Part shown: positions 36,562 through 48,088 of the stretch, piece after piece
Layout: each line of letters opens with the position of its first letter
How positions within the stretch are numbered: the first letter of the stretch is position 1
NCBI RefSeq assembly: GCF_006345805.1
Contig: NC_043013.1
Span: 4,898,001 to 4,962,000 of the forward strand
From: Octopus sinensis
Lineage: Eukaryota
DNA length: 64,000 nt
Reading direction: 5' to 3'
Made by a program: the position numbers and the translations under genes
The notes under the pieces: generated by a model
Databases searched by the model: none
What the model was told of the DNA's origin: nothing
The model's input: only the letters and a program-made list of their open reading frames with translations

Positions 36562-36603
36562 ATTCTAGGTCCCGGATTTCTGACTTTGCCTCGTCAGTAG
36601 AAT
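36562..36603 (-). ncRNA. Degenerate hammerhead motif (family C)
   Basis: AUUCUA-CUGACGA-GGC(AAA)GUC-A-GAAA-UCCGGGA-CC-UAGAAU; 6-bp stem I; U16.1 replaced by C. Confidence 0.45.
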
Positions 36604-36747
36604 ACACTCAGAAAAGAAACATAAATACAACATACGAATACTTACGATGTAGTTTTGCTTTCAGTTCGTGGAAATAGTATGTGTAGTGTGATGGGGGAAA
36701 AGACAACAGAAAAAGAAGTAAACGAGAGAAAGAAATAGAGACCTTAC

Positions 36748-36900
36748 CTGTTGACCTAGGCGGGGTGAGCTATCACTCACAAAAAGTAAACACGTCCTTG
36801 CACGCTGCCGTTTCTCATCGAACTGCCCGCACGTGCTTCCGACCCACGCATGCCCCATGGCTGTTCTGCCGGCCCCTGCAGTCTTCACTTCCGTCTACCT
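36748..36900 (-). other. Putative first exon of an unidentified - strand transcript
   Basis: CpG-rich island in AT-rich DNA; CGGAAGT (36887-93) and CACGTG (36830-35); gccATGg at 36858; CAG|GTAAGG donor after 37 codons. Confidence 0.5.
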
Positions 36901-38505
36901 CATCTGCAACCCTCTCCACCAACACCACATAGCTCATCACAGCCCATAACACCACAGTATGTTTAGATTGTAAGTGGATTATTTACGTACAGTACGATGA
37001 TACTACCTGGCCTGGACTGAAGACCAGGGGTGTAAGAGAAAATGCTTAAAATACAGTGCAGGAAGAAATACGACTAAGTTCAAATTCTACTAAAGCCGTT
37101 TCTAGCTTCTTTTGGGTCGATATAACAAAGTACCTGTCAAATATTGAGGCTGATATAATTGTTTACTCTGCTTCTAAAATTACAAGGTTTGTACCAAAAT
37201 ATGAAACCATTATTTGTCGTAGAATGAGGGCGATGGAATTACGAGTGTTGGGCAAAATATTCCGACTCTTGTGCTGAAGATGTCTTTCGTCCCACTGGAG
37301 ATGGATAAAATAAGGTACCTTTGGTTCAATATATTCAACTGCTCCCTTCGTTCAAATTCCTTGTTTTGTACCTATGTAAGAAACAATTACAAGTCTCCTG
37401 GAGAATTTGTGTAATTAACTGGCATTCCGTCGGTTGTGATAATTAGAGTTCTAGTTAATCTGATCAACAGAACAGCCTGCTTGTGAAATTAACCGTGCAA
37501 ATGGCTGAGCACACCTCAGACATGTGTGAACATGACGTAGTTCTTAGGGAGAACTTTCAGCGTGATACAGTGTGAAAAAGATGGCTTTAAGAAATACAGG
37601 TACCTGGAGCAACGTGAAATGAAGTTTCTTGCTCAAGGTCACTACGAGCCGCCAGGAATCGAACTCATGATCTCACGATCGCGAGCCGAATACCCCAACC
37701 ACTATGCCACCCACCTTCACTGTATGACTAGAAGCAATAACGATATATAAGAATTATTGCATGGAACACAAACCGGGGTGTTGGAAGAATTTGTCGGACT
37801 TTACGATGGCGCAATCTGACAACCGCTTCCGTCGTTTTTGCGATGTTGGGGGTGGAGGCTAGTAAATGCCAGGGTCAAGGCTGTTGCAGTTCTTGGAAAG
37901 CAGATGCCATAACATGATTCTCCAGGTAGGAATCTATCTAATAAATGCTACCGTTGTTCATGGTTGCCCCATGTACCTGCACCTATGTGCGCATGTCTGA
38001 GGTGTTCGGTTTTGTTTATTTATGACTAGCAGTTGGTCATACATGCAAGTCTTCCCTCCCTTATGTCACCGATATTGTCCAGATGCGAAATAAGGACCAG
38101 TAATAGACGCCAACATTGTTCATTGCAAGCGTTGTGGTCAGAACACAAAAGAGTCGAGAATATATCGTAAGGCATCCAAACCAAGACAAATTGTTCAATC
38201 AATCCATGACCCTTAAGTCGTTTTTTTATTTTGTCAACCATCAAAACGATCAAAAGCGAAGTTGCTCTCGTGGGATTTGAACTCGGGACAAAAAAACTGA
38301 AACGGGTGTCGTATTCTATGCGATACCCTAGGCAATTGTACTCAACCTTTTTAATACCCGAGCCAGATTTAAGACCTGGATTTTTGTAGGGGTCCACCCC
38401 CCACATAAAGTAAAACTCAAGTCAAAGGGTAATATTTATCCCCACTAAAAAAGAAGACGTGTTAAAACACATAGTATTGCGATATTTACCAGGGAAAGAA
38501 ACTCT

Positions 38506-38754
38506 CATATTGTCTTTTGGTGCATATAAGCACTCTTGTTTACATCGCTAGCAGAAGACACCTTCGCCACCGCTGAGGCTACCTGGTCACGTGATTTAGG
38601 CCTCCCGTGGCCTTGTCAATGGTAGACGTTCGGACGCTGGAGATAACAATCGCCGAAATCCCGTGATCTGGTAGTCTCGGCGGTGCTATGGTGGCTGATT
38701 ATCTCCCTGCTAGCGATGTATAACAAGTGATTATATGCACCAAAAGGCAATACG
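38506..38754. mobile_element. MITE with about 50-bp imperfect TIRs
   Basis: TATTGTCTTTTGGTGCATATAA...ACATCGCTAGCAG versus CTGCTAGCGATGT...TTATATGCACCAAAAGGCAATA. Confidence 0.7.
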
Positions 38755-40073
38755 GAAGGTCCTCTCGTGATAAATAATGCAGTATTTTTAAGTGAGGATA
38801 AATATTACCTTTTGGTATTATACTGTTTCTGTCGCTAATTTAAAACACAAGTCAAAGAAAAAATTATATTTATCGAGAGGTTGCTAGAAGGATACTTGAG
38901 GGCCGCATGGCGCTCTGCCAGCCACAGTGGTGAACCGCTGCTCAAGCGATTTCGCCAGCTCACTGACTCTATAGAGAGAAATGTATTGAAGGGTTTGACA
39001 AAAACAGAAGAGGGGACAGTTTGTAAGCAATGAAAGAGACAACATGAGGACTGGTTATTTTGATGGGCTGGAGTGAGTGGAGATTATGCATTTAGAGGTG
39101 ACGTGCGTTAAGTGTTTGACAATTTATATCAGTTGAGGCACTACATAAAACTGAGGGCAATAATGTGAGATTGGTTCAAGACTTATATTTTCTCCTCTAA
39201 AAGACCAACAAGTGTTTATACTAAATACGTATAGGCTTGACGTGGCTTGGCTTGGCTAGCAAGTCCGCTTTACAATCGCGTGGTTTTGGGTTCAGTCCCA
39301 ACTGCAGTACCTTGGGTGAATGTCTTTTTCCGGTGGATTTGGTCGGCAGAAACCGCAGGAAGCACTTCGTGTGTGTGTGTGTGTCTGTATATGTGCATAC
39401 AAGTATTGTGACAGAAGCAGTGCTTCAATCATAGGAAGAATCAGACATGAAGGAAGCTGCAAGAAAGCAAGCCCCTGATATGTTCGATTAAGTGGCCTCT
39501 AAGCTAAATTGACCATCTGCATAGACAAAAAGGGCCAGTTAGTGTGTGTGTTTGTATATAGAGGAGGGTGTGTGTGTCTGTGATGATGATGACATATGTT
39601 TTAATGTCGTTCAATTTTTTTCAATCGATCAACAGACCGATTGAGTAAACAGAACTATGAGCGCACCTATAATGAATATCGGAAACAGCTGTAAGTCAAA
39701 ATGTACAAATAAAGAAATACGTAATGCTCAATTATATATGCCTTTCCTTATATATGCACCAGTGTGCAAGAATGTTGATACTTTATACTGGTCACCACTT
39801 GAGCAAAATGTTTATGATGTTGACATTATGACCGATCACTCTAAAATTTCAAAGAACACTGGAATAAAAATATTTCTTGCTAAAAAAGCAAGAGTTGGTG
39901 ACAGGAAGAACATCTGGGCATAAAATATTGCCTCATATGTGTGTGTGTGTGTGTGTTATGTGTGTTTACATTGAATTTGATGCTGTAATTATGACTGTAT
40001 TATGAAACAGCTGTAACCTCTACAGCAGTATTAAAATTCTTGCCTCTTACCTCTTCTTGTTCTATTTGCTTTC

Positions 40074-40094
<21 letters not shown>

Positions 40095-40104
<10 letters not shown>

Positions 40105-40412
40105 TATTCGAGACAAAACCACTATTTTGCAAAACAAACAAGGAAAGACTTAATCAATACATAAAATTTTAATAAATAGTCAAAAAAACCGCCACTACAA
40201 TCGTTTCTTGTCTTGATCGACAATCTTCAGGTGGACTTCCAATAATTCATTTGACACTGAATTATTGGAAGTCCACCTGAAGATTGTCGATCAAGACAAG
40301 AAACGATTGTAGTGGCGGTTTTTTTGACTATTTATTAAAATTTTATGTATTGATTAAGTCTTTCCTTGTTTGTTTTGCAAAATAGTGGTTTTGTCTCGAA
40401 TAATATTTTATA
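40095..40412. repeat. Perfect palindrome, 155-bp arms with an 8-nt spacer (Penelope-like inverted pLTR)
   Basis: 40095-40249 is the exact reverse complement of 40258-40412 (checked base by base); spacer TTTGACAC. Confidence 0.95.
40273..40315 (+). ncRNA. Minimal type I hammerhead ribozyme motif (family B); mirror copy at 40192-40234 on -
   Basis: CCAC-CUGAAGA-UUGUC(GAUCAA)GACAA-GAAA-CGAUUGUA^-GUGG. Confidence 0.7.
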
Positions 40413-40534
40413 ATATTTTACTATAAAATCGATTTAATCATAAATCTGATTTTTTTCCCTGTAAATTTGGATTTATTCCCTAATATTTATTATTATATAT
40501 ATATATATATATAGATATATATATATATATATAT

Positions 40535-40578
<44 letters not shown>

Positions 40579-40579
40579 T

Positions 40580-40612
<33 letters not shown>

Positions 40613-40752
40613 TAATTAAAATGAGGGTGAGAAATTTGATATTAATTTAATTAACAATTTCACACCAGTGGTCTAGCATATAAACATCTGAAGGTTCAGT
40701 AAAATTTTATATATATATATATACATGAGGGATGACCACTATGTGGACAACC

Positions 40753-40788
<36 letters not shown>

Positions 40789-41331
40789 TAGATATACGCA
40801 CGCATACACGTATGTGTGTATAATTTTTCGCAAACTCATCGGCTTTGGATTCGTAAAAATCTCGTGACCTTCTCCCCTAGAGTCAAGTTATGTCAATATG
40901 GCGCCCAGTCCAACAGAGAAGATGGTATCACCAGAAATAGCTTTCAATCAAGTGTCAAAATGTGATAACATTTCATGAGATGTTATGCATCGCTTTAATT
41001 CCTGGAATTTTCCCTCTTCTCTTGTTTACCATCCTACTGATACTCTCTCCCCAACATTTTCCCTTTTTTCGCTTTCTCTTTCTTTTTTTTTTTTTGCCAG
41101 TTTCCGTGGGACGCCTGTCGTTATGATTAAACGTGACATGGAGCAACCCAAGGAAGATGAATAATCCTCATTAATTTCTTAATTAAATCCGTGTTGTTAG
41201 ACTTTTTGAAGTGAGTCACATCGCTGATTTAATTCCGCGTCGGTTCAATTCCAAGATTTAAAACAAGGAAGCTAAACTGTTCAATCTGCCTCGTTCTATA
41301 CTAAAAGTACGTTTCTACCGATTTAGTGTGA

Positions 41332-41369
<38 letters not shown>

Positions 41370-42471
41370 AATGATATGCAATATTTTTAATCAGATGTCT
41401 AGAGTTATGTTGAGGTCATTCTTTAACCCGCCACCATCTTTTATCTTTGACTTGTTACAGATATTAGACTGCGGCCATGCTGGGGCATCGTCGTGAAGAT
41501 GTTTTTATGCAAATTAATTGACCACAGTACTTTTTTTTAACCCGTTACTGATTTTGTCCGTCTCTTTTGCCAAACCGTTGAGTCATGGGTACATAAACAC
41601 ACCAACACCAGTTGCCAAGCGGGGGCGGGACGGACACACACACAATATTTGTTTTTATGTTGAGTTATAATTCATTCTACTAAACGTAGAAAGCCTGGAG
41701 TTTAGAGGCAAGGGACTAATCGATAACATCGACCCCAATGCGTAACTGGTATTTATTTTATCTATCCCCAAAGGATGAAAGGCTAATTCGACCTCGGTGG
41801 AATTTGAACTCAGAACGTAAAGACAGACGAACTACCTCTCAACATTTCGCCCGGCGTGCTAATGTTTCAGCCAACGCGCAGCCTTAATGGCAACTTATAA
41901 TCTTTTCTACTCTAAGCACAAGGTCCGAAATTTTGGAGGAGGGGACCAGGCGATTAGATCGACCTTAGTATGCAACTGGTACTTAATTTATCGACCCCGA
42001 AAGAATGAAAGGCAAAGTCGACCTCTGCGGAATTTGAACTCAGAACGTAGCGGCAGACGAAATACCTATTTCTTTACTACCCACAAGGGGCTAAACACAG
42101 ATGAGACAAACGGATTAAGTCGATTATAATTGGTACTTAATTTATCGACCCCGAAAGGATGAAAGGTAAAGTCGACCTCGGTGGAATTTGAACTCAGAGC
42201 GTAACGGCAGACGAAATACGACTACGTATTTCGCCCGGCGTGCTAACATTTCTGCCAGCTCGCCGCCTTGATGGCGACTTGTAACAAAAATGATTTTACA
42301 TTAAACATTCAGTTTAATGTAAAATGAAGATTACTTTTTGTAGAGAACATATTTATTATACTTTTAGAAGAGAAGCGATAGTGACTTCGAAGTTTCAGCC
42401 TGGTTGTCCAATGAAAGCAAGCAGCTCAAAGCTTCGAAGTCACTGTCACCACTATTCTTGTAAAAGTATAT

Positions 42472-42518
<47 letters not shown>

Positions 42519-45500
42519 TGTGATCACGTGACCGACCAGTCCATCAGATGTAGTTACACATCGCTGGTCACAATGCGTTCGCATTGTTTTAGCCTTCGAA
42601 TGACGCCACCCCGCTGGCTAAGCGAGCAGGCCAATATATATATATATATATACACGACGGGTTTCCACAGTTTACATCGACCAAATTCACTCTCAAGGCA
42701 TTGTGATGTCCAAGGGCTACAATAGAAGTCACTTGCCCAAAGTGCCACGCAATGGCACTGAACCCGAAAACATTCGTTTGCAAAGCAATCTTCTTAAGCA
42801 GGTTAACAAACGTCCAGTTTTCTTTTTCGTCTTTTTTTTTTCTATTTTCCCTTTATATAAAACTGTCTTTGTGTCACTGGTTTCATTATTTGTTTTATAT
42901 CACGGTTGAGCGATAATTCTAACATAGTGTCTTTTAATTTAGCCATGGGTGTCTTTGAATAGTTAAGGAAATTCTTTAGTAACGGAATCGTCTTTTACTG
43001 TTGAGAGGGAATGATGACGTAGTTTATTTTAGTCAACCAAATGGTGAAACGATTTCGAGGTCTAATAAATGGTTTCTAGTCATAGGTCTGACAATAAATA
43101 TTCTCTGAATATGGGGAATCAAGCGAATTTTGAGTGGGTTTTGAATAAATATGACTCGAGTGGGACCTGAATAAATTTAATTCGGGTGGAACCTCAATAA
43201 TAGGACCCGAGTGGGATTGAATAATTTTAACTCGAATGGATTAATGTCCAAAGCATTTTCATAAGGTTGTCTTAAACGTCCGTGTTTGTTTTAAGACTTT
43301 TAGCCCTTGTTTCATACATTCTGGGTAACATAAAGTTTTCCTTTCATAAGTCCCAAGTTACTCTGGTGCTTGAAACAAAAATTGAGAATCTATATCGGAT
43401 ATGATGCGCAAAAACCAAGGAAATATGTCCTCTTTGTATTACATATGAGACACAGGACAAGCAAAGTATTAAGCAACAAGGTAAGGTACATGTTGGACCG
43501 CTGATCTCTACAAGTTTTCTTCATTCTCTCTCTCTCTGTTTATTTTCTCTTCTTCCTTTCTGCTGAAGAGCGTAGGCCTGAAACGTAAAAGACTTTTTTA
43601 TTTGTCCGAGCGTCAAACTAATACACTTGCTTTCTGGCCATACACCCGTCTTCGTCTTTTGCTTTTCTATAAATTTCAACTAAGGTACATAACACTAATG
43701 CAGTCTTTGATACACTATATCTATAAAAAAAAAATGATCACGTTGGACCACCTTTGATTATTGGTTCGTTTGGTCACGCTGGTCTACGGTTATCCCTTTG
43801 CCTGTCAAAAATATTTTCATAAGTTTGTCCTGAAACGTCCATGCTTGTTTTCAGACTTTTAGTCTAGCCCCTGTATCATTCGTTCTGAATAGTGCAAACC
43901 TTTCCTTTCATAAGTCCCAATAAACACTGATGGGTAAAAAATAAACTGAGAATGTGTATCCTGTATGATGCATGAAACTAAGGAAATATGTCCTGTCTAT
44001 CACAAGTGATACGCAGGACGGGTAAAAGATTAAGTTAAATTAATATTCATTATCTTCATCGTAACTAATAGATATACCTCATCCACGTATCTTGCTTGCT
44101 GTTCAACAAGTTCATACGTCTTACGCTATTTCTATCAACTAACGATCATGTTGAATGACTGCAGTACACAATTTTATTCTCACGGTGTGATTTGGTTTCC
44201 CGATAAATTGATCTACTGTTGCACTATCGGTAACACACTTATCAAAATACCATATATTTATATATTTTTACACCTTTTCTTTTTGACATAAAATATAATC
44301 AAGTAGCGATTTTTTAAAGATTTTTACTTTTTCTCTCTTTTTTTTTTCTGAGATTAAATCGTCTGGAACATATTACTCTCATAAATCAAATAATTTTCTG
44401 GGATGAAATGAAACGCTTGTAAATTTATTTGCATTCGCATAAATTTGTTCATCGTCATAAAAGGTATGATACACATCAAAAAAGCCCACCCGCCCACCCA
44501 CCTCCACCTCCCTCTCGTCGATTTCCTACAAACCATCTTTTACAGTAAGCTCAAAATACATTTCGAAAGTAACGAGTTAACTATGTTACGTTGTAATTGG
44601 TAAAGTTGTGATGGCGAGTGCTGAGAGTGGTGGACCATACCATTATCATAAACCCAATAATCTGGTTGTTCAAAATCTAACAAAGAAGACCCGGCGTGAA
44701 GTGTTTATCCAAAAACAAAACCATAATTACAAAAGGCCCCTGAAAGCCTTCTTCAACCAACTTAACTAAAATTCTTTCATTGAAGTATATTTAAATATTC
44801 TTTTCTACTCTAGGTACAAGGCCCGAAATTTTTGGGGAGGTGGGGGCAGTCGATTAGATCGACCCCCAGTACGCAATTGATACTTAATTTACCTACCCCG
44901 AAAGGTTGAAAGGCAAAGTCGACCTCGGCGGAATTTGAACTCAGAACATAAAGACAGACGAAATACTGCTAAGCATTTCGCCCGGCGTGCTAACCACTCT
45001 GCCAGCTCGCCGCCTTTGTATATATATATATATTATTAAGCCTCTGTACGAGTTAAATAATAATAATAACATAGACACATTTCTTCTATACTACTGGGGT
45101 GCTGAAAAAGAGGTAGAGAATCTCCTGCTGGACCGTTCCACGGTTTGTTAACAGCTCCTCAGAGAAGTTTATCTAGCTTCCTTTCCCAATCAATAGTATA
45201 GATCAATTGATTGATTTATATATCTAATAATCTGTGCTATTGGTTTCAGGAAAGAAACTGATTACGTCTTCTCCGAGGAGCTGTAAAGAAACCGTGAAAC
45301 GATACGTCAAGAGACTCTCACCCGCTTTTTCCACACATCAGTAAAGATCTACGTGGCTCCGGCAGTGGATGGTGGCGAACCCTGCTGTACCCTTTCACCA
45401 CAACTTTCTCTCACTCTTTCTTTCTGTTTCTGCTGTACCTGTATTTCAAAGGGCCGGCCTTGTCGCACTTTGTGTCACGTTGAATCTCCCCGAGAAATAC

Positions 45501-45618
45501 ATTAAGGGTACACGTGTCTGTGGAGTGCTCAGCCACTTACGCGTTAATTTCACGAGAAGGCTGTTCTGTTGATTGGATCAACTGGAACCCACGTCGTCGA
45601 AACCGACGGAGTGCCACG

Positions 45619-45670
<52 letters not shown>

Positions 45671-45675
<5 letters not shown>

Positions 45676-46730
45676 CAAGCAGAGAGATACCCGCCCTTGC
45701 TCGGGATTAAAATGGCATAGTTTTTTGTTGTTTCACTGGCTTCAGTCATGTGACTGTGGCCATGCGGGGGCGCCCATCCGCCGTTGGTCGAAACAATCAA
45801 CCACAGAATTATTCTTTGTAAGCCTAGTTCTCTTCTATCAGTGTCTTTTGCGGAACCGCCAAGTTATGGGTACGTAAATCCATTAAGATGCCTGTCATGT
45901 CTACAAGAGATTGGGTTCGTGTCCCACAGACAGTCATCAACAATTTCTACCCAAAAAAGGTTTTCAACGTATCTTTTTTCTTTTTCTTGTTTTTACTTGT
46001 TTCAGTCATTTTGACTGCGGCCATGCTGGAGCACCACCTTTAATCGAGCAACTCGACCCCGGGACTTATTCTTTGTAAGCCCAGTACTTTTCTATCGGTC
46101 TCTTTTTGCCGAACCGCTAAGTACGGGGACATAAACACCACCAGCATCAGTTGTCAAGCAATGCTAGGGGGGACAAACAACAGACACACAAACACACACA
46201 CAACACACACACACACAACACACACACACCACACATGTACAAGCAGAGAGATACCCGCCCTTGCTCGGGATTAAAATGGCATAGTTTTTTGTTGTTTCAC
46301 TGGCTTCAGTCATGTGACTGTGGCCATGCTGGGGCACCGCCGTTGGTCGAACAAATCAACCACAGAATTTATTCTTTGTAAGCCTAGTTCTTCTTCTATC
46401 AGTGTCTTTTGCGGAACCGCCAAGTTATGGGTACGTAAATCCATTAAGATGCCTGTCATGTCTACAAGAGATGTGGGTTCGTGTCCCACAGACAGTCATC
46501 AACAATTTCTACCCAAAAAAGGTTTTTCAACTGTATCTTTCTTTTCTTTTTCTTGTTTTTACTTGTTTCAGTCATTTTGACTGCGGCCATGCTGGAGCAC
46601 CACCTTTAATCGAGCAACTCGACCCCGGGACTTATTCTTTGTAAGCCCAGTACTTATTCTATCGGTCTCTTTTTGCCGAACCGCTAAGTTACGGGGACAT
46701 AAACACACCAGCATCAGTTGTCAAGCAATG
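45671..46730. repeat. Near-identical tandem duplication, period 564 bp
   Basis: ATGTACAAGCAGAGAGATACCCGCCC starts at both 45671 and 46235. Confidence 0.85.
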
Positions 46731-46746
46731 CTAGGGGGACAGACAC

Positions 46747-46804
<58 letters not shown>

Positions 46805-47047
46805 ACACACACATATATATATATATACATATACACGACGGGATTCTTTCAGTTTCCGTCTACCAAATCCACTCACAAGGCTTTGGTCGGCCCGGGGCTA
46901 TAGTAGAAGACACTTGCCCAAGGTGCCACGCAGTGGGACTGAACCCGGAACCATGTGGTTGGTAAGCAAGCTACTTACCACACAACCACTCCTGCGCCTA
47001 TGTATATTTCTATGCTGTTATTTATAGCCCTGTGTGTTGTGTGTGTG

Positions 47048-47085
<38 letters not shown>

Positions 47086-47224
47086 GTGTGCGTGCGAGTG
47101 AGAGAGAGATAAGAATAGCGACGAGAGGTGTGTGTGAGTGTGTGTCCCGCTAGAAGGAGGTGACGGCCGCCATGCTGATTTGATACGTGGTACGAAGTCA
47201 ACAAATGTACCCTGAATAACCCCA

Positions 47225-47324
47225 NNNNNNNNNNNNNNNNNNNNNNNNNNNNNNNNNNNNNNNNNNNNNNNNNNNNNNNNNNNNNNNNNNNNNNNNNNNN
47301 NNNNNNNNNNNNNNNNNNNNNNNN
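47225..47324. other. Assembly gap (100 N)
   Basis: Run of N. Confidence 1.
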
Positions 47325-47724
47325 TCGTATATATGTATATATATATATATATATGCGTGTGCGTGTTTGTGTGTCTGTGTTTGTCCCCCCAACATCGCTT
47401 GACAACAGATGCTGGTGTGTTTATGTCCCCGTTACTTAGCGGTTCGGCAAAAGAGACCGATAGAATAAGTACTTGGCTTACAAAAGAATAAGTCCCGGGA
47501 TCGAGTTGCTTGATTAAAGGCGGTGCTCCAGCATGGCCGCAGTCAAATGACTGAAACAAGTAAAAGAGTAAAAGAGAAAAGAGAGTAAACATTGATTTTC
47601 TTAGGAGCCTATAATGCCTCTAAGACGGTTCTGGTCAGTGGAAACTTCACTATGTCCATTGTCTAAGACAGTAGTCCTCAAACGGGGTTCATATTACCCC
47701 TTCTGGTGCGTATAAGATTTTGGT

Positions 47725-47839
47725 GAGGTTCGTGATGACATTTTCGGACAACCGCTTATGATGTGGGTAACATCTTCAGGGTGAACTCCACAAAGTCTGC
47801 ATCGGTTGTCACATTTTACGGCTTTTCCTGCATCTCTAT

Positions 47840-47845
<6 letters not shown>
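47725..47845 (-). mobile_element. Fragment of an RLE-type (R2/R4/NeSL-like) non-LTR retrotransposon
   Basis: CCHC knuckle CRLCGVHPEDVTHIISGCPKM. Confidence 0.6.
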
Positions 47846-47888
<43 letters not shown>

Positions 47889-47954
47889 CATGCATGTATG
47901 TATGTATGTATGTATGTATGTATGTATGTATGTATGTATGTATGTATGTATGTA

Positions 47955-48088
47955 TAAGAAGGGGTGTTGAAAAATTTCTGGCTTCGAGTAAAAGAAAACA
48001 CAGGAGAATCAATTAATTATGATTTTATCGAACGCAGCGGTCCAGTAAAAGAACTCGGAAAGCCAGGAACTTTTCAGCAAGCCTCGTA
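47955..48088. mobile_element. Short mariner-derived MITE
   Basis: GGGGTGTTGAAAAATTTCTGGC versus GCCAGGAACTTTTCAGCAAGCCTCG|TA; related fragment at 49630-49780. Confidence 0.5.

Noticed and set aside
38026-38406. 126-aa ORF (also 1579-1761, 26257-26781 and 48473-48991)
   Set aside because: No recognisable domain; these are partly SINE-derived or low-complexity sequence and have no splice support.
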